DNA of 64,000 nt from Thermoplasmatales archaeon SW_10_69_26 (GTDB lineage Archaea; Thermoplasmatota; SW-10-69-26), in the NCBI GenBank assembly GCA_003009755.1, contig PXUB01000042.1, positions 32,730 through 96,729 of the forward strand, in the 5' to 3' direction. The translations under genes and the position numbers were made by a program. Under the pieces are notes generated by a model. That model saw nothing but the letters and a program-made list of their open reading frames with translations. It was not told the origin of the DNA and made no database searches. How positions within the stretch are numbered: the first letter of the stretch is position 1; each line of letters begins with the position of its first letter. Below are positions 1-9,629 of this stretch, piece by piece.

Positions 1-2
1 CG

Positions 3-647
3 ATCGTGTTCGTCGGCGGCGCCGCGGCGTTCGTGCCGGTCATGGGCAAGCTGGACATGGACTGGCTGCCCTTCGACAAGCCGATGGAGTTCGCGATCGT
101 GTTCGGCGTCGGCATGGCCGCCTTGTCGGCCGTGATCGGGCTGGCCCCGATCGTGGGCGCCTTCTTCGCCGGGATGCTGGTGGCCGAGTTCGAGGCCCAG
201 GACGATAGCTACGACATCGAGAGCCCGATCCAGGGCACCGGCGCCCTGTTGACCCCGATCTTCTTCGCCGTGATCGGGCTCCGGTTGGACTTGGCCGTGC
301 TCTTCGAGACCGAGGTGCTCGTCCTCGGCGGGATCTTGACCGTCGTGGCCACGATCGGCAAGCTCCTCGGCGGGCTCGGCGCGCTCTCCCAGGGGACCCG
401 CGAGGCGTCGATCGTCGGCATGGGCATGGTGCCTCGCGGCGAGGTCGGCCTGATCGTCGCCGCGATCGGCCTGTCGGCCGGCGCGGTCCAGGGAACCCAG
501 TACGCGGTCGTGTTGTTCGTCGTCATCGCCACCACGATCCTGGCCCCGATCGCGATGCGCCCGATGATCCGCTGGGCCGAGGAAGCCGACGACGTCGACG
601 AACCGCCCTCCGGTGCGACGCCGGACCTGCCCGACGTCAACTCGTGA
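3..647 (+). CDS. Cation:proton antiporter (CPA2, NapA/Kef-type), 5' end outside window
   Basis: Multiple TM helices; motifs GAFFAG, PIFF..IG, K..GG and GMGMVPRGEVGLI typical of CPA2 antiporters. Confidence 0.9.
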   Translation: MVFVGGAAAFVPVMGKLDMDWLPFDKPMEFAIVFGVGMAALSAVIGLAPIVGAFFAGMLVAEFEAQDDSYDIESPIQGTGALLTPIFFAVIGLRLDLAVLFETEVLVLGGILTVVATIGKLLGGLGALSQGTREASIVGMGMVPRGEVGLIVAAIGLSAGAVQGTQYAVVLFVVIATTILAPIAMRPMIRWAEEADDVDEPPSGATPDLPDVNS

Positions 648-1449
648 GGGACGAAGGCAGCCGTAGCAGCTCTCGCACGAGGTTCGTCTTGGAGAACTCG
701 CCGCCGGTGAACCAGCGCATGAACCCCTCCCAGCCGAACATCTCTCGCCGGATCGACGTCAACGAACCGCCGGCTGCCCGCAGCTCGTGAGCCTCGCGTG
801 CACGCTCCGCGTACCAGTCCAGGGCGTCCGTCAACGCCGCTTCGGGGTCACTGGCGATCGAGCCGTGCCCCGGTAACAGCCGTCCGGCCTCGCGTTCGCG
901 GAGCCGACGCAGGGACGCCAGCTCGGTCTCCAGATCCTCGTCGAAGCGGAGGTTGTCCCGGGTCCCGAGGTAGGCATCGCCGGTGAAAAGCCAGCCGCGC
1001 TCGCGGTGGTGGAGGGCCAGGTGGTGGCGGCTGTGACCCGGTGTCGGCACGGTCTCGAAGGTGCCGGCGGGCGTGGTGACCTCGCTCTCGAGGGGGCAGG
1101 CGTCGACCGGCTTAGCCTCCCCCCAGCTCTGGCGGCGGTACCCCGGCAACGAGGGCGGATCCGCGAGCACCTCAAGGGTGGGCTCGGGGGCGAACACCCG
1201 CGCGCCCTGGTCGGCCAAGGCGGCCGCCAGGCCGACGTGGTCCTCGTGGGCGTGCGTCAGCAGGACGTCGGTGATCTCCGTCTCGAGCACGTTCAGAACG
1301 TCGTCGACCCGGTTGGGAGGGCCGGCGTCGACCAGCACCGTGCCCACGCGGTAGAAGTGCGAGGTGACGGGCGCGAAGCCGACGACGCGACGTCCGGCGG
1401 TGATCCGGTCGACGTCGCCGCGCTCCTCGCGGCGCAGGATGGAACTCAC
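637..1449 (-). CDS. MBL-fold metallo-hydrolase
   Basis: THAHEDH, TPGHS, FTGD and PGHG motifs. Confidence 0.9.
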   Translation of the reverse strand: MSSILRREERGDVDRITAGRRVVGFAPVTSHFYRVGTVLVDAGPPNRVDDVLNVLETEITDVLLTHAHEDHVGLAAALADQGARVFAPEPTLEVLADPPSLPGYRRQSWGEAKPVDACPLESEVTTPAGTFETVPTPGHSRHHLALHHRERGWLFTGDAYLGTRDNLRFDEDLETELASLRRLREREAGRLLPGHGSIASDPEAALTDALDWYAERAREAHELRAAGGSLTSIRREMFGWEGFMRWFTGGEFSKTNLVRELLRLPSSLTS

Positions 1450-1538
1450 GGATCCCCAGCCGTCGGCCAGCTGAAAGCTTTGCCCCGGTGAGGCGTGCGA
1501 GCCAAGGTTTTTGCCTCCCGTCGCCGCTCGCGGCGACG

Positions 1539-2171
1539 ATGCCGGCCTCCGAGCTCGATCTCAAGCAGCTCAAGCTGGGTCCGATGGACAACTTCCAGTA
1601 CGTGTTCGGTCACCGCGACAGCAGTGAGCGCGCCATCGTCGACCCCGGGTTCGAGCCGGCGAAGATGCTCGAAGCCGCGAGGGAGGGCGGCCGCGAGGTC
1701 TCCCACATCCTGCTCACCCACGGCCACCGCGACCACGTCGCGTCCCTGGCCGAGGTCCGCAAGGAGACCGACGCCCAGCTCGTCGCGTATCCCTCGTCGA
1801 CGATGGGTCCCGACATCGACGCCGAGGACGGGGCCACGTTCGAGGTTGCCGGTGTCGAGGTCACCTCCCACCACACCCCCGGGCACGCGCCCGACCACGT
1901 CGTCTTCGTCGTGGACGACCAGGCCCTGATCAGCGGTGACGCGCTGTTCGTCGGCGACTGCGGACGCGTGGATCTTCCAGGCTCGGACATCGAGGCGATG
2001 TGGGAGACGCTGATGGAAACGGTCCCCTCCCTGGACCCCCACCTCGAGGTCTACCCCGGCCACGACTACGGGCCCGAACCCCACCGCTCGCTGGCGACCG
2101 AGCTCGAGGAGAACTTCACGCTCGAGAAGCGGGGGCTCGACGAGTTCCGCGAGTTCATGGGTGTGGAGTGA
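1539..2171 (+). CDS. MBL-fold hydrolase, glyoxalase II-like
   Basis: THGHRDH, TPGH, SGDALF, GRVD, YPGHDY motifs; ATG at 1539 with a TATA-like GGTTTTTG about 30 nt upstream. Confidence 0.9.
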   Translation: MPASELDLKQLKLGPMDNFQYVFGHRDSSERAIVDPGFEPAKMLEAAREGGREVSHILLTHGHRDHVASLAEVRKETDAQLVAYPSSTMGPDIDAEDGATFEVAGVEVTSHHTPGHAPDHVVFVVDDQALISGDALFVGDCGRVDLPGSDIEAMWETLMETVPSLDPHLEVYPGHDYGPEPHRSLATELEENFTLEKRGLDEFREFMGVE

Positions 2172-2173
2172 GG

Positions 2174-2467
2174 TCAGGCCCATCCGAGCCAGAGCTTGGC
2201 GAGCAGGCCGATGCCGAGCGCCCAGGTGAAGTTCGCGAGCGTGCCGAGGACGTAGTACGATTCGTGCTTTTCGTCCACGTCCTTCCGGATGAGGTTCTTC
2301 GCCGCGAACACGAGAGCCAGCGCGGTGAAGGCATCCACGACCACGAAGCTCAGGACGAGGACGTCCTCGAGCTTGCCGATGACGAAGCCCGGGCCCTCGG
2401 CACCGTCGGGTGTGTCTTGTCCGGCCTCTTTGAGGAGGAAATTCACCCACTTCCCGCTCAGTGTCAA
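2174..2467 (-). CDS. Small membrane protein resembling the DUF3307-type SatD partner; 5' end uncertain or frameshifted
   Basis: IGKLE...AAKNLIR...YYVLGTLAN motif; directly downstream of SatD; an ATG at 2535 overlapping the satD stop is out of frame. Confidence 0.7.
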   Translation of the reverse strand: MTLSGKWVNFLLKEAGQDTPDGAEGPGFVIGKLEDVLVLSFVVVDAFTALALVFAAKNLIRKDVDEKHESYYVLGTLANFTWALGIGLLAKLWLGWA

Positions 2468-2527
2468 GACGACGAGGTACGTGAGTGGCTAGACGAGCAA
2501 CGGATCGTGCACGTATCCAGCGGGGGA

Positions 2528-3178
2528 TCAACCATCCTCGGATCCTCCGAGCTCTCGAGCGAGGGCGTCCTCGATCAGTCGGCGGGTGCCGGTCACGTAT
2601 CGGGCCCGTACCGCCTTCAGGCTCTCCGAGATCGTCGGCTGCGTTACGTCGAAACGGTCGGCGACCTCCTCTTGGGAGCCGAGCTCCTGGTAGGCCTGGT
2701 AGACCTCGAGCCGGTGAGGCGTCCACTCGAGGAGATGGAAGTAGAGCAAGTTGACGAGCCGTTCGACCGATCCGTCGATCCGCCTTCCGTTGTGGAGGAC
2801 CCGGACGAGCGCACCCTCGCGATCCATCGTCTCGAGGGCCTCGGAAGCGTCGTGGATGGGTGGTCCGTCGAACCGCTGGAGGCTCCTCTCGTCCTCGGGT
2901 GGTACGATGTCTAGGGTGCCTCGCACGAGGGCGAACCTGGCGGGATGGGGATGGATCCCCGTCCAGAGCCTCCAGAGGATGGAACCGACGGGCGCGGACG
3001 GCGACAGGATACCTCCGAACTCGTCGATCCCTCGCAGGGTGGCGAACCTCGCAACCTGGTCGTCTCCATGCTGCTCGTTCGCCTCTCTGAGGGTCGATCG
3101 AACGTTCTCGCCGACCTGGTCCCGGCCGGGTTTCGACCGGGACCTCTTCAAGTCCGCGAGGAGTACGAGCGCGTCCAC
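2528..3178 (-). CDS. SatD family protein (nucleotidyl-cyclase-like domain plus C-terminal HTH)
   Basis: N-terminal ADLKRSR, GIDEF, DGP motifs; C-terminal SQEEVADRFDVTQPTISESL helix-turn-helix. Confidence 0.8.
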   Translation of the reverse strand: MDALVLLADLKRSRSKPGRDQVGENVRSTLREANEQHGDDQVARFATLRGIDEFGGILSPSAPVGSILWRLWTGIHPHPARFALVRGTLDIVPPEDERSLQRFDGPPIHDASEALETMDREGALVRVLHNGRRIDGSVERLVNLLYFHLLEWTPHRLEVYQAYQELGSQEEVADRFDVTQPTISESLKAVRARYVTGTRRLIEDALARELGGSEDG

Positions 3179-3200
3179 GTGGGTGGAACTAGGTCATCCG

Positions 3201-3317
3201 CCCTATATCCTGGCATATAGGGTTGATAGCCTAGCCCCGCCGGGACCCCGACGCCGCACCGTCGAGGGAAGATAGGGATGAAAGCCTATATTACTTGGTA
3301 TAGCATGGGTAGCCTAT
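3201..3317. promoter_or_regulatory. Operator-like repeats upstream of satD
   Basis: Perfect palindrome CCCTATAT-N6-ATATAGGG (3201-3222) and three ATAG(G/C)-N8-CCTA(T/G) units at 3217-3234, 3272-3289, 3300-3317. Confidence 0.6.
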
Positions 3318-3356
3318 CCTCCTCCCCTTGCTGGCGCCTCGCCACCCTCGGCCCGG

Positions 3357-5204
3357 CTAGCCGGCGAGGTGGAACCCGTGGCCGTGGGCGTGGTCGAGCG
3401 CCGGCGAGTCCCCGTCGGCGAGGCCGACGGCGTCCACGATGTCGCCGGGCCCGACGGCCGTCGGGTCGGCCGGGTCCACGGCGACGACGAGGCCGGTCAT
3501 GCCGAGCGCGTAGTGGAATTCGCAGTAGTACGGGTACACGCCGGGCTCGTCGAACGTGTGCCGGTAGGTGTCGCCCACGCCGGTGAGGAGGCCGTCGAAC
3601 GAGTCGGGATCCCCGGCGTTGTTCTGGCAGGCCTCCGAGGTGGCGCCGGTGCAAAGCGCCTGGCTGGACGTGACCGTGTGTGGGATCGCCCCGCCGGTCC
3701 AGGCCAGGCTGGTGCCGGTGGGGACGACGATCGCCTGCGGCAGGAAGGACTGGCCGACGGCGGCGACCGGGGCTGCCGTGTCGTCGCCCACGGGGCTGGG
3801 GGACAGCGCGCCGGCGAGTTGGCCGGCGACGGGCGAGGCGGCCACGCGCAGGATCTGGCCGGCGTCGGCCACGTACATGGCGCCGTCGGGCCCGAACTGG
3901 ACGTCGGTCGGCAGCGCCAGGCCCTCGAGGAAGGCGTGGATGTCGGTGACCTCGCCCTGGTCGTCGAGGGCGACCTCGGTCACCTTGTGCGCCGTGTTGT
4001 GGCGGCTGGGGTGCTCGAGGCTCTCGACGATCGTGTTCTGGGCCTGGAAGAAGGCGCACTCGCCGACGAACACGCTGCTCGTGCGTTCCTCGGGGAACGT
4101 GAAGTCGGGGTGGCCCGGCTCGGCCTGCTTGGGGAAGTCGAGCCCCGTGGCGCAGACGTGGTAGCCAAGCAGGGCCTCGGCCGGCGGGCGGTCGGCGCAC
4201 GGGAAGTCCGGGTTCGGGGACCCGATCCACTGTTCCTTGCCGAGGTCGGTGATCTGGCCGGGCTCGCCCTGGCTAATGCAGAACGGGTAGCCGTGGTGGG
4301 CATCCTCGCGGATGCGTTCGAGCGTGTCCTGGCTGTTCGGGTTGTCGGCGCCGTTCGTCCCCGTGTAGGCGGTGCCCGCGAACGGGAGCTGTTGGGGAGC
4401 CCACGTGATGCCGAAGATGTTGCGGAAGCCGTGGGCGAAGACGTCGACCTTGTCCGCGAAGTCCTGGTTGCGGGGGTGGTCGACGACGTCCTCGTCGGCG
4501 ATCAGGTCGCCGTCGGTCTCCTGCCAGTGGAGCACGGCCGGGCCCTCGTCCGCCAGCCGGGCGGTGTCGACGCTCAGGAAGGCGCCGGTGTAGGGGAAGA
4601 CGTCCGTGTGACCGGTGCCGGTCCCGTTGCCGCTGTCGTTGGGGTTGCCCACGGGCAGGTACAGGCGGTCGTCCGGGCCGAAGCGGATGTGGTTGATGTG
4701 GTGCTGCCCGTTGGGGACGCCGTCGACGATCACCTGGCGGTCGCCGGTGGTCGGATCCACCTCGTACACGACGCCGAGGGGCCGCTGGGCGACGGCATCG
4801 TCGTAGCTGTCGGCGACGTACATCGAGCCCTCGTCGTCGAAGGCCAGCCCCAGCGGCTGGTTGAACCCGTCCGCGACCACAGTCCGGTCGACGGCGGCGG
4901 GCCCCAGCGGGGTCCAGGCCAGGTCGACGTGGACGATCTGGCCGTTCAGGTTGGCGTAGTAGAGGTCCTTCGTCGGGGGATCGGTGTCGGGGAGCTGGTC
5001 GAGCGCGTCGGGGCCCGCGTGGAACGTGATCACGGTCGGGGCCTGCGCGTCCGCCAGCACTTGCGTCACGAAGCCCTCGGCCGCGCGCGGCACCTCAGCC
5101 GAGTCGTGGGACGCCGGATGCGCGGGCGCCTCGTCCACCGGCGTCGAGCCGTGGTCGCCAGCCGCCACGGCTGCCGGACCGGCCAGCAGGCCGACGACGG
5201 CCAC
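3357..5204 (-). CDS. Secreted PQQ-dependent glucose/sorbosone dehydrogenase-type beta-propeller fused to a C-terminal cupredoxin
   Basis: PLGLAFD, IRFGPDDRLY, GFRNIFG, GYPFC, PTDVQFGPDGAMYV; cupredoxin PHTV...YYCEFH..GM; His-rich tail; start may lie slightly upstream. Confidence 0.8.
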   Translation of the reverse strand: MAVVGLLAGPAAVAAGDHGSTPVDEAPAHPASHDSAEVPRAAEGFVTQVLADAQAPTVITFHAGPDALDQLPDTDPPTKDLYYANLNGQIVHVDLAWTPLGPAAVDRTVVADGFNQPLGLAFDDEGSMYVADSYDDAVAQRPLGVVYEVDPTTGDRQVIVDGVPNGQHHINHIRFGPDDRLYLPVGNPNDSGNGTGTGHTDVFPYTGAFLSVDTARLADEGPAVLHWQETDGDLIADEDVVDHPRNQDFADKVDVFAHGFRNIFGITWAPQQLPFAGTAYTGTNGADNPNSQDTLERIREDAHHGYPFCISQGEPGQITDLGKEQWIGSPNPDFPCADRPPAEALLGYHVCATGLDFPKQAEPGHPDFTFPEERTSSVFVGECAFFQAQNTIVESLEHPSRHNTAHKVTEVALDDQGEVTDIHAFLEGLALPTDVQFGPDGAMYVADAGQILRVAASPVAGQLAGALSPSPVGDDTAAPVAAVGQSFLPQAIVVPTGTSLAWTGGAIPHTVTSSQALCTGATSEACQNNAGDPDSFDGLLTGVGDTYRHTFDEPGVYPYYCEFHYALGMTGLVVAVDPADPTAVGPGDIVDAVGLADGDSPALDHAHGHGFHLAG

Positions 5205-5341
5205 GAAGAGCGCGGCTCGCCGGAGCGTTCGAGCGTCTCGCCAACCGGTCGCATCGCGGGTTCCTATTCCAACGCCTCCCTCGAACTTCCATCACGCCCG
5301 AGAGCTAAAAACCTTCGTCAAACGGTCGGTTGAAACGACGC

Positions 5342-5761
5342 TCAGAACGGGCCCTTCTGCTCGGGTTCGCCGTCGTCGGCGCGCACGAACTCGTAGCGGA
5401 GCGGCACCTCGTGCCGGCTGCCGGTCGCGTACGGGCAATCGGGGCACTCAGTCCCGACCACGGTGCGGCCGCCCTCGAGCGTCATGTTCTCCACCTGGTC
5501 CAGGCGGCTGCCGCACACCGGGCACGCCTCGCGGGCCGGCTCGCCGGTCGTTCCCGTGCGGACGCGGACCTCGGCCAACCCGTGCTCGACCGCGAGCCGT
5601 CGGATACGCCGATCGCTGGCCCGTGCCTCAGGCTCCGCCTCGTGCAGGACCCGGCGGACGTTGGCGCCCAGCTCGGCTTGGCTGTCGACGATCGGCTGAC
5701 GACGGAGAGCCTCCTCGATCGCCGCGAGCAACTGCTCGTCGCCAGCGACGGTGTAGCCCAC
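5342..5761 (-). CDS. Conserved archaeal hypothetical protein with zinc ribbon
   Basis: CPVC...CPDC; GTG start at 5761 with TTAAA box about 27 nt upstream. Confidence 0.7.
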   Translation of the reverse strand: MGYTVAGDEQLLAAIEEALRRQPIVDSQAELGANVRRVLHEAEPEARASDRRIRRLAVEHGLAEVRVRTGTTGEPAREACPVCGSRLDQVENMTLEGGRTVVGTECPDCPYATGSRHEVPLRYEFVRADDGEPEQKGPF

Positions 5762-5856
5762 GCCGACCTCGATGGCGTTCGCGGGTTTAAGCCTCCCGAG
5801 ATGCGTCGCCGCTCGCCGGCACACGCCTCATAAGGACCTCCTCCCTATGGTCCCGC

Positions 5857-6411
5857 GTGCCGTCGTTCGTCGTCCACGGCCTGATCCCGCTGCTGCTGAT
5901 CCTGGCGCTGCGGCTGGCGCCGCCCAAGGTGGCGTTGGCGACGCTGCCGTTCACCTGGCTGCCCGATCTGGACTTCTGGCTGGGGATCCATCGAGCGACG
6001 ACGAGCAACGTGTTCATCCTGCTGCCGACGCTGTACCTGTGGTGGCGCTGGCGGGAAGCCGAGCCCCAGCGGGCCCAGTACGCCGGCATCGCGACCCTCT
6101 ACCTCGCCAGCCACCTCATCATGGACATGTTCGCCGGCGGCATCGTGCCCTTCTGGCCCTTGTGGGACTACACCGTCTTCTGGCACTTCCTCATCCGCAT
6201 CAACACCCAGACCGGCGAGCGCGACGTCACCAACGACCCCGGCACGCACGAGGGTGCTCCGCAGGTCGTCGAGTGGTTCACCTGGTTGTCGCCGGTCGAG
6301 GCCGCGATGCTGGCGGTGACCGCCGTCGCCGTCGTCGGCACGCTCGGTTGGCGATGGTACCGGCAGGGCGGCCAGCTGCCCGGCTTCCTGGCGTCCGAGG
6401 ACGAGGGGTAG
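5857..6411 (+). CDS. Membrane-bound metal-dependent hydrolase (YdjM-like)
   Basis: N-terminal H, LPDLD, HR, SHLIMD motifs with TM helices. Confidence 0.75.
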   Translation: MPSFVVHGLIPLLLILALRLAPPKVALATLPFTWLPDLDFWLGIHRATTSNVFILLPTLYLWWRWREAEPQRAQYAGIATLYLASHLIMDMFAGGIVPFWPLWDYTVFWHFLIRINTQTGERDVTNDPGTHEGAPQVVEWFTWLSPVEAAMLAVTAVAVVGTLGWRWYRQGGQLPGFLASEDEG

Positions 6412-6492
6412 CGCCTCTCGCGTGTCACTTCGACTTCGTGACAGGGCGGGTGTGAAAGTCACCTGCCCCGACAGGCCTCGTGAGATGTTGCC

Positions 6493-7713
6493 ATGTCACG
6501 AGTTGTTGCTATCGTTCTCGCTGCCTGCACGATCACCCTGGCCGTCCCAGTCACGGGTGCCAGTACCGAATGCTCCACACCCCTAACCGACGACTGCCCC
6601 TCGGAGACCGCGGACGTCGACGCGCCTGCCGAGACCGAGGCCGAACAGGCCGCTGTCGGACCCAAGGTCGTCGTCACCGAGGAGCGATGGGAGAACCAGG
6701 ACCGGCGTCTCGAGCGTCAGGTCGTCGTCGCCGACGGCGGCCGCCTCGTGATCGAGGACTCGGTGATCGACATCCACTTCGACCAGACGTGCTCCGTCCG
6801 GATCAACGGCGAAGGCTGCATCGGCCACATCTCCGTCCAAGAGGACGGTGAACTCGTCGTCCGCAACTCGACGTTCACCTCCACGAACGAACCGCTCTTC
6901 GAGCGGGGCACCATCGTCGCCGAGGGCGGCAAGATCTCGATCACGGACTCGAAGTTGACCCAGTTCCGCGGGGTCAAGGCCCAGTACGAGGGCGAGCTGG
7001 TCTTCCGGTCGAACACCGTCACCGGGATGCTCGGAGGGGTCAGCATCATCCGCGGCGCCTCCAGCTCGATCGTCGACAACCACTTCTCCAACCAATCGTT
7101 CGCCGTAGGGGTCCAGGACTCCTCGCCCGAGATCCGGAACAACACGTTCGAGGACATCTCCGCGATCGCGCTTCGCATCCAGCAATCCATCGTCGGGGAC
7201 AAGGCCTTCACGACCGATCCGCTCGTCGTCGACAACGTCTTCGTGGACGTCGGGCAAGGCATCTTCACGGATTCCGGTGCGGGCTTCTCGATCGCTCACA
7301 ACCGGTTCGAGGACGCCCGCTTCCACGCGATCCACATCCGCGTCCCCACGTTCGACGGCCACCGCACGATGCTCGACCAGAGCCCACCGGTGGTCACCGA
7401 CAACGTCTTCGAGGACAACCACCGAGAGGTCCGAATCTTCACAAAAGAACGAGATAGGACCGCCGTCACCTCCACGTTCGAGATGACCGGGAACCTCATC
7501 CAGGGCACGATCTGCAACCACATCCAGGCCGAGGACCACCCGAACGCGACGCTCGTGGTCGAGGCCAACGACAACTGGTGGGACGGCGGAGATGGCCCCC
7601 GCGACCCGCTGCCCAACGACGACGATTGCGAGGCGCTGGACGGGTCGGCGACCTTCGAGATCGACTCGATCCTGAGAGCACCCCCGCTCGACGCCGGGCC
7701 CCGGATCGAGTGA
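6493..7713 (+). CDS. Secreted right-handed parallel beta-helix protein
   Basis: Signal peptide; repeated I.NN.F/IVDNHF beta-helix rungs; C-terminal NWWDG motif. Confidence 0.8.
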   Translation: MSRVVAIVLAACTITLAVPVTGASTECSTPLTDDCPSETADVDAPAETEAEQAAVGPKVVVTEERWENQDRRLERQVVVADGGRLVIEDSVIDIHFDQTCSVRINGEGCIGHISVQEDGELVVRNSTFTSTNEPLFERGTIVAEGGKISITDSKLTQFRGVKAQYEGELVFRSNTVTGMLGGVSIIRGASSSIVDNHFSNQSFAVGVQDSSPEIRNNTFEDISAIALRIQQSIVGDKAFTTDPLVVDNVFVDVGQGIFTDSGAGFSIAHNRFEDARFHAIHIRVPTFDGHRTMLDQSPPVVTDNVFEDNHREVRIFTKERDRTAVTSTFEMTGNLIQGTICNHIQAEDHPNATLVVEANDNWWDGGDGPRDPLPNDDDCEALDGSATFEIDSILRAPPLDAGPRIE

Positions 7714-7779
7714 CGCCACGGTCTGGCCGGGCTCGAGAGGATCGAATGCTGGCGGCTTGAGGTTTGGTGGCGCCGACCG

Positions 7780-8337
7780 TCAGTTGGCGGCTGGCGCAGC
7801 CTCGGCCAGCCCGTCCTCGAAGACCCAGTAGAAGTGCTCGAGGAAGTCGTGCAGCGGGCGGCCCTCCTCCCATCGCAGCACGTAGGTGTCCGAGGCCGTC
7901 GTTGGCAGCTCGGGCACGCGGTCGGCCAGCATCTCCATCTTGCGAGTCAGATCACCCGTCGGGACCGTGAACAGCCGCCAGGGATCCTTCTCGTTGTGGC
8001 CCTTCAACCGGAACGCGTACAGGGCTAGGGTACCGGCCTTGCGCGCGCTCTCGGTCAACGCTTCGGCCTGCTCCTGCAGCTTGCCGCTGGATTCGGAGAA
8101 GTGCACCGTATCGCGGTTGGCGGCCTTGACCTCCACCATGAACGCGAACCCGTTGCGCATCACGATCAGATCGCCATCGCCCAGTGACCCGGCCGCGCGG
8201 ACGACCTGGAACGGCTCGCGCTTCGGTTGACGGTAAGCGAGCACGATGTCGTTCGAACCGGTGCGCGTCATCTTGTCGACGGTCGACTCGTCGCCCGTCA
8301 GGACGCCCTTCAACTCGCGCTCGTAAGCGTGACCCAT
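7780..8337 (-). CDS. hjc: Holliday junction resolvase (archaeal Hjc, Thermoplasmata type)
   Basis: MGHAYERELK...VVRAAGS..GDL...VEVK PD-(D/E)xK motif; ATG at 8337. Confidence 0.85.
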   Translation of the reverse strand: MGHAYERELKGVLTGDESTVDKMTRTGSNDIVLAYRQPKREPFQVVRAAGSLGDGDLIVMRNGFAFMVEVKAANRDTVHFSESSGKLQEQAEALTESARKAGTLALYAFRLKGHNEKDPWRLFTVPTGDLTRKMEMLADRVPELPTTASDTYVLRWEEGRPLHDFLEHFYWVFEDGLAEAAPAAN

Positions 8338-8559
8338 CCCGACTCTACCAGCAGGAGAGGGAGGTATGGTTGTATCGGTTCGCGTCGACGCATCGATACC
8401 CAGCCTCTGTGCCCCCTCCGTGTCTCCGGGGCTCTGTGACCTTCCCCCCTCTCCCCCCCACCCCGCCAAGCTGGAATCGACAACGACTTAAGCGGGGCGC
8501 CCGCTCGAAGGCGTGGATGCACTCCCCGGCTCTCCGGGGTACCCGCTAGGAGGGATGAC

Positions 8560-9210
8560 ATGGCCATCGGTCAAAAGCTCAAGCAGAACGCACCAGGAGA
8601 GATCTTCTCCTGGATCAGCCAGGTTTTCGGGAAGGAACAGGCCAAGATCGGGATCTATGGCCCGCCCAACGCAGGCAAGACGACGCTCGCCAACCGCATC
8701 GTGCGGGACTGGGCGGGGGACGTCATGGGGGCGGCCAGCGAGGTCCCGCACGAGACGCGGCGTGCCCGCCGCAAGGCGAACATCCAGATGAGCCAGGACG
8801 GCAAGGGCCTGACCCTGGACATCGTGGACACGCCCGGCATCGCGACGAAGATCGATTTCAACGATTTCGTCGAAGAGCACGAGATGGAGGAGAACGACGC
8901 CAAGGACCGGGCCAAGGAGGCCACCGAGGGCGTCGTCGAAGCGATCCGATGGCTGGACGACGTCGACGGCATCATCCTAGTGATGGACGCCACGACGGAC
9001 CCGTTCAACCAGGTCAACGTCACGATCCTCGGCAACCTCGAGGCTCGCCGCCTCCCGGTCGTGATCGCGGCCAACAAGATCGACCTCCCCGAGTCCTCCC
9101 CAGCCACGCTCAAGAACGCCTTCCCGCAACACCCGGTGGTCCCGATCAGCGCGATCTCCGGCTACAACATCGACCAACTGTACGAGACGATGGTCGAGAA
9201 CTTCTCCTAG
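8560..9210 (+). CDS. oapA: Era-like GTP-binding protein OapA
   Basis: GPPNAGKTT, PHETRR, DTPG, ANKID; first gene of the conserved three-gene cluster. Confidence 0.9.
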   Translation: MAIGQKLKQNAPGEIFSWISQVFGKEQAKIGIYGPPNAGKTTLANRIVRDWAGDVMGAASEVPHETRRARRKANIQMSQDGKGLTLDIVDTPGIATKIDFNDFVEEHEMEENDAKDRAKEATEGVVEAIRWLDDVDGIILVMDATTDPFNQVNVTILGNLEARRLPVVIAANKIDLPESSPATLKNAFPQHPVVPISAISGYNIDQLYETMVENFS

Positions 9211-9218
9211 GTGGTTCG

Positions 9219-9620
9219 ATGTCCGAGAACGGCGTCAAGATCAACCTGGTCTCGAAGAGCATGCTCGATGAGATGTCCCTCCAGGAGAAGATCCAGTTCA
9301 TCCTGACCGAGGTCAAGCAGGACGTCATCCTCGTCCTCGAGGAGGGCCTGGAGCCCGACGAGGAGGCCAAGCTCATCGAATCCACGATGTTCGAGATCGA
9401 CCCCGAGTCCTTCGTCGGTATCGAGATGGAGAGCCAGCGCGAGATGGAGGCCGACTCGATCATCGGCAAGCTGTTCCAGCGCACCCCCTACGGCTCCCGC
9501 GCCTCGATGACCGTCGTCGGACCCGCCGACAAGCTCCGCACCGTGTACAAGGATGGCAACTCCATCGAGGCCATGGTGCTCGAGAAGCAGACGGCGGAGG
9601 CCAACGGGGCCGCCGCCTGA
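9219..9620 (+). CDS. oapB: OapB (DUF2073 family)
   Basis: EKI..IL..VK..VILVLEEGLEPDEEAKLIESTM.EIDP..F.GIE, MTVVGPA; synteny. Confidence 0.88.
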   Translation: MSENGVKINLVSKSMLDEMSLQEKIQFILTEVKQDVILVLEEGLEPDEEAKLIESTMFEIDPESFVGIEMESQREMEADSIIGKLFQRTPYGSRASMTVVGPADKLRTVYKDGNSIEAMVLEKQTAEANGAAA

Positions 9621-9629
9621 GGGGAAAGG

